From the NCBI GenBank assembly GCA_021831035.1, contig JAKBNL010000006.1, forward strand, positions 37,652-101,651: a stretch of DNA of 64,000 bases, given 5' to 3'. Below are positions 47,203-56,657 of the stretch, in pieces. This DNA comes from Actinomycetes bacterium (lineage in GTDB: Bacteria > Actinomycetota > Acidimicrobiia > Acidimicrobiales > RAAP-2). Made by a program: the position numbers and the translations under genes. Every line of letters starts with the position of its first letter. The first letter of the stretch is position 1. The notes beneath the pieces are model-generated. The model searched no databases. It was not told the origin of the DNA and saw only the letters and a program-made list of their open reading frames with translations.

Positions 47203-48753
47203 ATGATCTACTGCAGCCACTGCGGCGCTGACAACATCGACGACGGCTCCTTCTGCGTCCGATGTGGCTCGCGCCTGGGTCACGTCGATGGGCCCCGCAA
47301 CGAAGCCATGGGGGAGTCCGCGGACGCGCCCGAGGAAGAACATGGGGATGGCGCCGACGACAGCTCCCCGATCAGTGCCGACACCGAACGATCCCCAAGG
47401 CGGACGAGGAAGCGTGCTCGGTGGGCTGTACTGGCGATAGCGCTTGTACTCATCGTCGGAGGGTCCGTCACCGCCGGGGTGATGCTGCATCGTCACGGGC
47501 GTGGCTCGGGGCCCGCAACACCGACAACAGCGACGGTTCACCTGACGTCGGCGCAGAGCTGCACTCTCAAGACCCTTGACGTGACGAAGCGTCTCTGGGG
47601 GACACCCCTTTCCGATTGGACCAGCGAAATTTCGGCCACGCAGCAACTTCTCCTCGGCCGGTACGGCTCGGGATCGAAGTACCTGAACGCCTTCAATGCG
47701 GCGGTGAGCGTGGGATTCCAGAAGGCTGCCCTCGACGGGGCCCGCAGTGCCCAGATCTCGGAGATCGTGCCCGTCGCCAAGGCTTGCGGAAGCACTCACC
47801 CTCAGACGTTCCTCGGACCTGCCCCGAAAAAGAAGGCCAGCCCAGACTTCAACGTACCCGCCGCACTCGTTGCCGATGGCAGCCACCTCTGGGTAGCGAA
47901 CTTCAATGGAAGTTCAGTCACCGAGCTCAACTTGAGCGACGGCTCCCTCGTGAGGGTCATCTCGGGCTCAACCTACGACTTCAACTTGTCCGCCGCGCTC
48001 GTCGCCCATGGCAGTCACCTCTGGGTGGCGAACAGTAACTCGATCACCGAGCTCAACTTGAGCGACGGCTCCCTCGTGAGGGTCATATCTGGCGCCTCCT
48101 ACGACTTCAGCAATCCCGAGGCCCTCGTGGCTTACGGCAGCCACCTCTGGGTGGCGAACTACAATGGAGGTTCAGTTATCGAACTCACCTTGAGCGACGG
48201 CTCCCTCGTGAGGACCATCTCCGGCTCCACTCAAGGTATCACTGCCCCCCACGCACTCGTTGCAGATGGCAGTCACCTTTGGGTGGCGAACAGTAACTCG
48301 ATCACCGAACTCAACTTGAGCGACGGCTCCCTCGCGAGGACCTTCACTAGTGCCTCCTACCACATCAACGGTCCCGAGCTCGCATCCGACGGCAGCACTC
48401 TTTGGGTGGCGAACTACTACAGCAACTCACTCACCGAGCTCAACTTGAGCGACGGCTCCCTCGTTAGGACCGTCTCTGGTGCCGCCTACGGATTCAATGG
48501 TCCCGATGCCCTCGCATCCGACGGCAGCCACCTCTGGGTGGCTAACGCCCACAGCAACTCGGTCACCGAGCTCAACTTGAGCGACGGCTCTCTCGTGAGG
48601 ACTATCTCCGGTTCCGCCTACGGGTTCGATGGCCCCGACGCGCTCGCCACCGACGGAAGCCACCTCTGGGTGGCTAACGGCGTCGGCAACTCCGTTACCG
48701 AGCTCAACCTGAGCGACGGCTCCTTCGTGAGGACCATCTCCAATGCCTCGTAA
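47203..48753 (+). CDS. Zinc-ribbon + TM + seven-bladed beta-propeller membrane protein
   Basis: N-terminal CSHCG...FCVRCG, one TM helix, seven 42-44 aa repeats ALxxDGSHLWVAN..SxTELNLSDGSLVR. Confidence 0.85.
   Translation: MIYCSHCGADNIDDGSFCVRCGSRLGHVDGPRNEAMGESADAPEEEHGDGADDSSPISADTERSPRRTRKRARWAVLAIALVLIVGGSVTAGVMLHRHGRGSGPATPTTATVHLTSAQSCTLKTLDVTKRLWGTPLSDWTSEISATQQLLLGRYGSGSKYLNAFNAAVSVGFQKAALDGARSAQISEIVPVAKACGSTHPQTFLGPAPKKKASPDFNVPAALVADGSHLWVANFNGSSVTELNLSDGSLVRVISGSTYDFNLSAALVAHGSHLWVANSNSITELNLSDGSLVRVISGASYDFSNPEALVAYGSHLWVANYNGGSVIELTLSDGSLVRTISGSTQGITAPHALVADGSHLWVANSNSITELNLSDGSLARTFTSASYHINGPELASDGSTLWVANYYSNSLTELNLSDGSLVRTVSGAAYGFNGPDALASDGSHLWVANAHSNSVTELNLSDGSLVRTISGSAYGFDGPDALATDGSHLWVANGVGNSVTELNLSDGSFVRTISNAS
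47857..48750 (+). repeat. Seven coding tandem repeats of about 130 bp
   Basis: Recurrent DNA cores cacctctgggtggcgaac and accgagctcaacttgagcgacggctccctcgt. Confidence 0.9.
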
Positions 48754-48930
48754 GATTCCCGAGTCGCTCCAAGTTCCACTTGGGTCGCCAAGGGTAGGAG
48801 GGCAGCCCCTGGTCGGCTCGTGGGTCTTGAGCAGGGCCCTGTTCGAGCAGCAATGGGCAACCCGGGTAAACAGTGGCGCTCGCTTGACTGACGGGTCGAA
48901 GGGAACTGGTCGTCTCTTGCGTGCACTGGG

Positions 48931-51336
48931 TCATGATGTCCGGTACCAGGCGGGGAACACTGACGAGCCCTTTGTCGGCGCTCGCCAGCAGGTAGGGCAC
49001 AGAACACCCGGGCGCGTCTCTGGGGTCACCACAGAGTGAAGGGCGCGTCCGCCGCAGTGGGGACACGGGATTGCCGAGTACCGAGCGGTCTCGGCGCGTC
49101 CGGACCGCAACAGAACGGGATCTCCCGAAGGTGAGCTCGTTTGCCGACTCAGGTACCGCAGCTGCGTGTCGGTGACTCCCACCGCCAGCATCTCGGCACG
49201 GCTTAGGCCGTCTCTGCATCCACGTAGAGCCTCGAGAGCCGGTGTGCGGGCTTCATCTGGAAGTTGCCACTTGTCCGTACTCCACGAGAAGTCCGGGTCG
49301 CAGTAGACGTCGATGACGTGCCTAGCCCAGTCCGGATCCGTCCCTGGTGCGAGGGGAAGTCCCTTCAGGTGGTCAAGGAGGGTCCTCGAAAGTTCAGGGT
49401 TGGGGCAGGCCGCGACACAGCGCGCGGCTCGCTCAGACAGCCCCGCCTCGATCAGGCTCTGACGCAGCGCGGTGGACGACCGTCGCCGAGACGGGCCACT
49501 CCTTCGAGTCGGCCTCACCTCAACGGCGCCGACGATGGGTCCGAGCACGACGGTGCCGTGCTCGTGGGGCAACTCGATGCACAGCTCCCAGTGGAGTGTG
49601 GGGCCATCAAGGCGCCAGCGCTCCTGAGAGATCACGGCTCGCAGCGAGCGCCGAAGGTCTGAGTCCTCGCGATTTCCCGACTCGGCGAGCGCCGCGATCG
49701 CGTGAGCGACCAGCTCGGCGTTGGAGTTGAAGGTCTCGTCGAGCACCGGGTCCTCGTCGGCCGCCTCGAGGCGAGCGATCTCTTCGCGAAGGCGCTCTCC
49801 GTCACGGCGAAGTCTCTCAACCTCACTCACGAAGTCGCGAGCCAGCCCCTCATCCTCGGCAAGGCCTGCGTTCCTCAGAGCGCGACCTGTAGCCCTCTCG
49901 ACCTCTGTCAGCTCGCGGCGCCGTGCCCTCAGCTCAGCGCGAAGCGGGTTGAGGGGTATCGCCCCACCGATTGGCTGAAAGCGCTGGGCATCGAGATGAG
50001 CCGGAAGCCCACTCTCCACACCGTGGAGGATGCTCTCAGCCAGCGACCTGTGCCACGTGATGCGGTCCACTCGTCCCAGTGCCCTGACGTCGGAGCCTTC
50101 GGGGTTCTCAGGCTGCCACCCGGAGAAGTGCCGCTCGGCAACATGCGGTCGACTCATCAGCACGTAGTCACCTCGGTCAGCGGCAAGGGAGAACTCGTGG
50201 CCGCCGTCAGTGAACTGGAAGAGGCCCGAGAGCGGTGGTGCGCTGTCATGGCTGGCCCCGCCTGTGAGAGGGCGTGAGCTGCGCCGACTCCTGATCCTCT
50301 CGAACGTCTCGTCGTCGGCCCAGCCGCCGTCGGGCACAGGAACGCTGACCCTGAGTCGAAGGGCACCGTGCTCATAGCCCTCGATGCTCTCCACCTCCAC
50401 TCCAGCAAACTCATCGAGCCCGGCGAAGGGGTTTGGCCAGAGGACCTCATGGACGCCTTTCTGATACAGGTCCACCCATCCGATGAGGCTCGCGACGGCG
50501 TCCGAGGGGTTCCGTGCGTCCGCCACGGTGGCGGCTTCGCCGTGAAGCTGTCGGAGCCGTGCGCTGGAGATCCCGATCTCTCCCAGCCGCCGTGTCACAT
50601 CGCCGGCGCTTAGTGACAGGTCGCTGAGGACCTGCAGCATCTCGCGAACGGGCTTCACCTCGTCCTTGTTGATCGCGAGCTTCCGAGCGACCTTTACGTA
50701 TCCCGGAGGATTCGAACTGGGTATCCACTCGTTCCTCTGCTGCTGGGCGACACGTCCGACGGTGTGGCGCTGGACGATGGTGTCGCGCTCAGAGGCTGCG
50801 AACAGCGCGAGGATGCCGAACTGCATGCGGCCCTGGGGCGTGCGGACCTTGATCTCCGTCTCGCCGTGCAGCGTCTCGGTGTGCGCCTCGAGTGCCTCAA
50901 GGATCTGGCTGAGGTAGTTGACCGATCGAAGCAGGCGAGTGACGGACGCGACCCACGTCTCGCGTGGCTGATACGCCTCGAGGATGAGGGTCAACTCCCG
51001 TACGAAGCTGTTCCCGTCCTCAAGGTCGTCGCGGGCCGCCGAGCCCTGTGAGTAGACGTAGAGCACGCCATCACGCTCGACCAGCGCCATGCGGCTGCGG
51101 GCGACTCGCTTGGTGACCGCCCCCCAGCGCTCCGGGCTGTCGAACACCTCCATCCCGGCGGAGAGCAGCTCCGTAGCCCCAGGCAGGTGTCGCACCTTGG
51201 TCAGGGTCTGCTGGATCATGCCCAGCATGAGCAGCCCGTTGTACTCGTCGCTCTCGCGCATGACCACCAGGTGGTCGAGGCCCGGCGAGGCTGCCGCGGC
51301 ACTCGGCCGCGGAGCAGGGGATCGCCGCCTACTCAC
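48931..51336 (-). CDS. Divergent large serine recombinase-like protein
   Basis: VVMRES (candidate RxS), SVTRLLR (DRLxR variant), TPQGR...FAASERDTIVQR...G, PPGY, coiled coil, terminal CPHC...CPTC. AAGGAG RBS. Confidence 0.7.
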   Translation of the reverse strand: MSRRRSPAPRPSAAAASPGLDHLVVMRESDEYNGLLMLGMIQQTLTKVRHLPGATELLSAGMEVFDSPERWGAVTKRVARSRMALVERDGVLYVYSQGSAARDDLEDGNSFVRELTLILEAYQPRETWVASVTRLLRSVNYLSQILEALEAHTETLHGETEIKVRTPQGRMQFGILALFAASERDTIVQRHTVGRVAQQQRNEWIPSSNPPGYVKVARKLAINKDEVKPVREMLQVLSDLSLSAGDVTRRLGEIGISSARLRQLHGEAATVADARNPSDAVASLIGWVDLYQKGVHEVLWPNPFAGLDEFAGVEVESIEGYEHGALRLRVSVPVPDGGWADDETFERIRSRRSSRPLTGGASHDSAPPLSGLFQFTDGGHEFSLAADRGDYVLMSRPHVAERHFSGWQPENPEGSDVRALGRVDRITWHRSLAESILHGVESGLPAHLDAQRFQPIGGAIPLNPLRAELRARRRELTEVERATGRALRNAGLAEDEGLARDFVSEVERLRRDGERLREEIARLEAADEDPVLDETFNSNAELVAHAIAALAESGNREDSDLRRSLRAVISQERWRLDGPTLHWELCIELPHEHGTVVLGPIVGAVEVRPTRRSGPSRRRSSTALRQSLIEAGLSERAARCVAACPNPELSRTLLDHLKGLPLAPGTDPDWARHVIDVYCDPDFSWSTDKWQLPDEARTPALEALRGCRDGLSRAEMLAVGVTDTQLRYLSRQTSSPSGDPVLLRSGRAETARYSAIPCPHCGGRALHSVVTPETRPGVLCPTCWRAPTKGSSVFPAWYRTS

Positions 51337-51478
51337 GCTCCTTCTCCGAGGTCGCTCCCGCCGGGGGCCGGCGACGCGCTAGCTGTGCCATCTGCAGCCA
51401 GGCAGCGGCGATGTGGTCGCGCCGCACGCTCGACCGCAGGAGCCGAGCCGTGGTCCGCCTGGGCCGATTCGCTACCAT
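51329..51478 (-). CDS. Possible 49-aa leaderless protein directly upstream of the recombinase
   Basis: TACACT -10 lies 7 nt before the ATG; the stop overlaps the recombinase start region. Confidence 0.3.
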   Translation of the reverse strand: MVANRPRRTTARLLRSSVRRDHIAAAWLQMAQLARRRPPAGATSEKERE

Positions 51479-51573
51479 CTGGCAGAGTGTAGCAAGTCTC
51501 GGACTGTTGGTTCGAACCGAGACTGCCAGCGCTCTGCACAGATGAAGTGCAAGGCGCCTCGCCGGCCACTCTA

Positions 51574-52965
51574 GATCACGTCCCGCCGAGTGGTGTAATT
51601 CCAAAGGAGCACTTCTCGATGCGCGACCATCTTGTCATTTGACCTTGGCGAGAGCAATCTTTGCCGCAGGCAGAGCGTCACTCTTCAGCTGGTCCATGGA
51701 CTCCTGGCTGAGATAGCGACGCTCCGAGACGCTCCACTCGTCGTGCTGCTCGACACAGACCGCGGTGATGAGACGAAGGGCCGCGGCGTCGTTGGGAAAG
51801 ATGCCGACCACGTTGGTGCGTCTCTTGATCTCCGCGTTGAGCCGCTCGAGCGAGTTGGTCGACCAGATCTTCTGCCAGTGGTTCGTCGGGAAATGACGAA
51901 AGGCGGTGATGTCCTCGGCGGCGTCGAGAAGCATCTCGGCGACGACTGAGAACTGGCGCTTCAGCGTGGCGGCAACTTCCTTCACCTGGCGTTCGACGTG
52001 CTCGGCGTCGGGCTGGGCGAAGATCGTGCGGATCATGGCGGCGACCATCGACTGCTGGTTCTTTGGCACCTTCACGAGCACGTTGCGCATGAAGTGGACC
52101 CGACAGCGCTGCCAGGCGGCCCCGGGAAAGACCTGGGCGATCGCGGCCTTTAGCCCCAAGTGTGAGTCGCTGATCACGAGCTGGACCCCGTGCAGTCCAC
52201 GACCCCGCAGGCTCTGGAGGAACTCGGTCCAGAAGGCCGCGTCCTCTGAGTCACCTATAGCGATGCCCAGCACCTCTCGGCTGGCGTCCTGGGCGACGCC
52301 GGTCGCGACCACGACGGCGCGGCTGACCACCCGTCCCCCCACCCGGGCCTTGACGTAGGTGGCGTCACAGAGCAGGTAGGGAAAGGCCAGGTGGGAGAGG
52401 CTGCGCTCGCGAAAGGCCGCCATCTCCTCATCGAGCGCCGAACAGATCCGCGAGACCTCGGACTTGGATATCCCGGCGTCCACCCCGAGTGCCATCACCA
52501 CGTCGTCGACCTTGCGGGTGGAGACCCCGTGGACGTATGCCTCCATGACAACCGCGTAGAGGGCCTGGTCGATGCGCCGGCGCCGCTCAAGCACGCTCGG
52601 AAAGAAGGAGCCCTTGCGCAGCTTGGGGATCTTGAGCTCGACGTCGCCAGCCTTGGTCGAGACCAGCCGCGGCCGCGATCCGTTTCGCTGGGTCGTGCGA
52701 GCCAGCGAGCGCTCGTGGCGGCCCGCCTGGACGACCTCGGTCACCTCGGCATCGATTAGGGCTTGGTAGAGGAAGGCGACCATCTGGCGAACCAGATCAC
52801 CGCTCTCGTCGCTTTGGAGTTGTTCGAGCACCTCGGATAGGTCAAAATCATGATGGGTCACCGGAGTATTCCTTTCGTGCCTTGCAATGGACACATCAAG
52901 AACTACTCCGGTGGCCCGTCACCACGACGGACCTCAGGATTTACACCACTTCAGGGGACGCCAAC
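51574..52965 (-). mobile_element. Complete IS256-family element (1392 bp)
   Basis: 29-bp imperfect TIRs (21/29 match); 8-bp target duplication CCACTCTA at 51566-51573 and 52966-52973. Confidence 0.93.
51635..52861 (-). CDS. IS256 family DDE transposase
   Basis: AYVHGVSTRKV, LLCDATYVK, VISDSHLGL, WQRCRVHF, STNSLERLNAEIKRR. Confidence 0.95.
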   Translation of the reverse strand: MTHHDFDLSEVLEQLQSDESGDLVRQMVAFLYQALIDAEVTEVVQAGRHERSLARTTQRNGSRPRLVSTKAGDVELKIPKLRKGSFFPSVLERRRRIDQALYAVVMEAYVHGVSTRKVDDVVMALGVDAGISKSEVSRICSALDEEMAAFRERSLSHLAFPYLLCDATYVKARVGGRVVSRAVVVATGVAQDASREVLGIAIGDSEDAAFWTEFLQSLRGRGLHGVQLVISDSHLGLKAAIAQVFPGAAWQRCRVHFMRNVLVKVPKNQQSMVAAMIRTIFAQPDAEHVERQVKEVAATLKRQFSVVAEMLLDAAEDITAFRHFPTNHWQKIWSTNSLERLNAEIKRRTNVVGIFPNDAAALRLITAVCVEQHDEWSVSERRYLSQESMDQLKSDALPAAKIALAKVK

Positions 52966-53325
52966 CCACTCTACGAAAGACGACGGGCCCAGACGGGCGT
53001 GACTTATCGGATGCCACACCCGCACGGCGGACCTGCCGGAGGTCGCGGATCATGGCGGCGAGGTGGGGACTGGCGTAGAGGCTCGGCATGCCGGTGACAG
53101 TCCGTGGCAGGGGGCCTGGCGCAATCGACGCCGTTTGGGGCCCACTTCGCCTGAACTCGGTGAAGGGGAGGGCTTGAGCTCTGTGGCGAGAGAGGGCAGC
53201 GGCGGGCGCACGAGCTGCCGGTCACGTGTGGAGCCCCGGGTGCCTCGCCGAGAGGGGCCTTCTTCGGGCGAGGGGGCGCGAACTGACAGCCTCTCTCTGT
53301 GAGACGGCGCTTGTAAGCTGGCCCC

Positions 53326-54687
53326 ATGAGCCGACCCGCCTTCACGTTCGTGGACCTGTTCGCTGGTATCGGCGGGTTCCACGCCGCGCTCAGCGCGATG
53401 GGTGGCGAGTGTGTCTACGGAGTCGAGATCGACCCCGCGGCGGCGGCGGTCTATCGGCGCAACTGGGGGATGGACATCCTCGGCGACATCACCGCCGACG
53501 CGAGCGACACCACGATGCGAGTGCCTCGCCATGATGTCCTCTGCGCCGGCTTCCCGTGCCAGCCGTTCTCCAAGAGCGGCGCTCAGCGCGGCATGGAGGA
53601 GACGCGTGGGACCTTGTACTGGAACATCCTGAAGGTCATCCAGGTGCGTCGGCCGGCCGTGGTGCTGCTCGAGAACGTCCGGAACCTCGCGGGCCCGCGC
53701 CATCAGCACGAGTGGGATGTGATCATCGACACCCTGAGGTCTGAGGGCTATCGCGTCTCTGGGGCGCCGGCGGTGTTCTCCCCCCACCTGCTCCCACGAG
53801 AGCTTGGCGGTCGGCCCCAGGTCCGAGAGAGGGTCTTCATCACGGCTACACGGTTGCCAAGGGGCCGAGGCCACTCGCCCGTTGCCGAGCCGGTAGCCGA
53901 CAATCGCCCCATAGCAGGCTGGGATCCGTGGACGTGGAACCTCGACGAGGGCCTTCCGCTTGACGCCGATCATGAGGTTGAGGGCTGCGAGCTGACCGAC
54001 GCGGAGCGGCTATGGATCGACGCTTGGGACGACTTCGTGCAACGAATGTGGGAGGCGCGCAGCGGCCGGCGCCTGCCAGGGTTCCCACTATGGGCCGATC
54101 ACTGGGTCATTCCATCGAGCCTCGATGAGAGGGAACTTGAGCACGAACCCAAGTGGAAGGCCGACTTCATGAGGAAGAACGCGGCGTTCTACGCCGAGCA
54201 CCGCAAGGTGATTGACCGTTGGACCAAGAGGTGGGACGTCTACTCCGACGCCTTTCCGCCCTCGCGGCGCAAGCTCGAGTGGCAGGCCCAGGACACGCCA
54301 CGTCTCTGGGAGACGGTCATGCACTTTCGCCCCTCGGGTATCCGAGCCAAACGCCCGACGTACCTGCCTGCCCTGGTGGCGATCGCACAGACGAGCATCG
54401 TCGGCAGTCGGGGTCGACGCCTCTCTCCCCGGGAGGCGGCTCGACTCCAAGGCCTTCCCGAGTGGTTCGACTTCGGGGGTCAGAGCCCAGCGGTCACCTA
54501 CCGCCAACTCGGCAACGGCGTCTCGGTGGGTGCGGTGTGGCACATCCTGCGACGACATGTCGAGCGGGACCAGGACGTGCTGAGGGTCACACGCCCCGCT
54601 CTCCTAGAGGCCGTGTTCAAAGCACCCGGGTGCCCAGATGAAGTGCTTGAGCAGATGGGGCCCGACAGGGACGACGCGGTCGCCTAG
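53326..54687 (+). CDS. dcm: DNA (cytosine-5) methyltransferase
   Basis: DLFAGIGG, GFPCQPFS, LENV, QVRERVF, RLQGLP, LGNGV. TAAGCT -10 lies 6 nt before the ATG. Confidence 0.95.
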   Translation: MSRPAFTFVDLFAGIGGFHAALSAMGGECVYGVEIDPAAAAVYRRNWGMDILGDITADASDTTMRVPRHDVLCAGFPCQPFSKSGAQRGMEETRGTLYWNILKVIQVRRPAVVLLENVRNLAGPRHQHEWDVIIDTLRSEGYRVSGAPAVFSPHLLPRELGGRPQVRERVFITATRLPRGRGHSPVAEPVADNRPIAGWDPWTWNLDEGLPLDADHEVEGCELTDAERLWIDAWDDFVQRMWEARSGRRLPGFPLWADHWVIPSSLDERELEHEPKWKADFMRKNAAFYAEHRKVIDRWTKRWDVYSDAFPPSRRKLEWQAQDTPRLWETVMHFRPSGIRAKRPTYLPALVAIAQTSIVGSRGRRLSPREAARLQGLPEWFDFGGQSPAVTYRQLGNGVSVGAVWHILRRHVERDQDVLRVTRPALLEAVFKAPGCPDEVLEQMGPDRDDAVA

Positions 54688-54870
54688 GTCCCAGCGCACG
54701 CGCCCCTCCAGGCCCGTCAAGTGGGTCAGGCGTATGCCAGTCTCGTCTCCGACACCAACAGACCTAGTTGCGCAAACCAACAACTAGACCCTGGACCTCG
54801 TTCACTTAGGCGAATGTCGGCGGTTCCGGGGTGCTGTAATTAAGGAGAGGGCACCCCGAAGGACGGCGCA

Positions 54871-55770
54871 GTGTCTAACGACGAGTCAACCGAATCCGAG
54901 ACCGCGGACAAATGGCTTCGTGGCCAACTCAGCCATTCAGACCCCGAAGTCACCGAGCTCTACCACTACACGAATCAAAGAGGGTTCTTAGGAATTCTCG
55001 CTGATCAAGGGATCTGGGCCACGCACGTTGGTCACTTGAACGACAAGTCGGAAGTTGAGCACGCTGTAACGATGCTCCAATCGCACGTCCGTTCACTTCG
55101 CTCCAGAACTCCGCCACGGGCCTCGCGCCTTCTCGACTGGATCCTCACGACACTTGAAGGCATGTCGGCCCAACGGACGGGGCTGTTCGTGGTGTCCTTC
55201 TCTGCCAACCCAGACTCTCTCACGCAGTGGGATCGCTACGCTCAGGACTTCGGATACGCAATGGGCTTCGATCCGAAGCGGTTGAATTTGGTGCACCGTA
55301 TCAGCCCCACCGATACTTGCCATGGAAGGCTGATCCGGGTCTTTTACGCGGAAGATGCGAAGCAAAGCCTGATCTCCGCCACAATCGATAAGTTGCTAAA
55401 TCGAGCTGACGAATTGAGCGTGTCAGGCTTTGCGATAGACCCTGACTGGGACATCTGGAACCGTGAACTCCTTCAGTGCCTCGCTCTCCTGTTCACCGCC
55501 CTCAAGCACGAGGCGTACACGTCGGAAGACGAATACAGACTCGTTGTGACCCACGATCCCACGCAGCCCACATCAGCCAGAGAGGGAAAGCACGGTGTCG
55601 CCACGTACGTCACTCTCTCCCCTGATCAAGAGAACGACCTTCCGCTTGTCTCGGTAGTGGTAGGACCAAGTCATTATCCCGAAGTCGCCAGGTTTGCAGT
55701 TCAACAGATCCTTGTTCGGCGCCTAGGCGTTGGGCAGATCCGCAACTCCAACATTCCGAAGAGGACATGA
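54871..55770 (+). CDS. DUF2971-like protein
   Basis: LYHYT, WATH..HLND.SE, SFS...SLTQW.RYA, KH.AY..E.EYR. Confidence 0.8.
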   Translation: MSNDESTESETADKWLRGQLSHSDPEVTELYHYTNQRGFLGILADQGIWATHVGHLNDKSEVEHAVTMLQSHVRSLRSRTPPRASRLLDWILTTLEGMSAQRTGLFVVSFSANPDSLTQWDRYAQDFGYAMGFDPKRLNLVHRISPTDTCHGRLIRVFYAEDAKQSLISATIDKLLNRADELSVSGFAIDPDWDIWNRELLQCLALLFTALKHEAYTSEDEYRLVVTHDPTQPTSAREGKHGVATYVTLSPDQENDLPLVSVVVGPSHYPEVARFAVQQILVRRLGVGQIRNSNIPKRT

Positions 55771-55924
55771 CGCCAGTCGCATGGAGGGTTCTGGACAACG
55801 GTGATTGGCCTTGAACTATGCAAGGGGCTGGGGCATGCAGGAGGGGAAGCCACTAACCCTGCTTACGCCAGTCCAGAACGCGTCAGTCGGAGATGCTCTA
55901 CCTCGGCTTCCTGACTCGTACGGA

Positions 55925-56266
55925 CTACCCTTCCGTCCAGGAAGGGTCGGGAGCGATGCCGAAGTCCTCCTTCGCGCCTGCGAGGCCGCTAGCCCAAGCG
56001 GTGAGCTGGTCGATGAGCTCGTCAGGGGAAAGACGGGCCTGGGCATCGAGCATGCGACGTGTCGCGATGTCCCGTGGAACTACGCGCACCTGTAGGTCGA
56101 GTTCGCATGCCTCGAACACACGCAGAAGCGAGTCGCAGTTCGGCTGAGTTTCACGTCTCTCCCAACGAGTAACCGTGGATCGCGAGACCCCGAGTCGCTT
56201 GGCGAGCGCCTCCTGCGAGAGCCCTGCCCTCTTGCGGGCCTCGATGACGAGCTGGGCACTGGTCAC
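55925..56266 (-). CDS. XRE-family HTH regulator
   Basis: EARKRAGLSQEALAKRLGVSRSTVTRWER.ETQP. TACCGT -10 lies 6 nt before the GTG. Confidence 0.8.
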   Translation of the reverse strand: MTSAQLVIEARKRAGLSQEALAKRLGVSRSTVTRWERRETQPNCDSLLRVFEACELDLQVRVVPRDIATRRMLDAQARLSPDELIDQLTAWASGLAGAKEDFGIAPDPSWTEG

Positions 56267-56657
56267 GTCGCCACGGTAGCGATGGCCGGTGACCACAGAG
56301 GGCGATAGCGGACCAGATGTCGGACGACTCCGGCGGGCTAGGTGCTGCCACGGCCGGGATGACGATGGACTCTTGACCAGGAACGTCGCCTCAGGGCCGT
56401 TAGATGGCGATGTCTGGACGGGGGCTGGCGACACCGCAGACCAGGGGCCCGATCCCGGCTCGGCACCCATCGTCGGCGAATCGCCCTCATCGACGCTTGG
56501 CGACGAGAGGAAGACACGAGTCCCGTCTGTTGCTGGATCTGGCAGGAGCTCAATCGGGACCTCTACCATCGGGGCTCGTGACGGCGGTTGCGAAGGCAGG
56601 GCGAGAGGCCTCGTGACAGGGGTCAGCGGCGTCGCAGGTGATCTCGGGAGGGTCGAG

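Noticed and set aside
47857-48750. CRISPR-like repeat array
   Set aside because: Repeats are in-frame coding units of about 130 bp with conserved rather than unique spacers, and there are no cas genes.
51333-53089. 118-aa gene disrupted by IS256 (frame is continuous after removing the IS and one target copy)
   Set aside because: The reconstructed sequence is low-complexity with no recognisable motif or RBS; open frames of this length are common in high-GC DNA.
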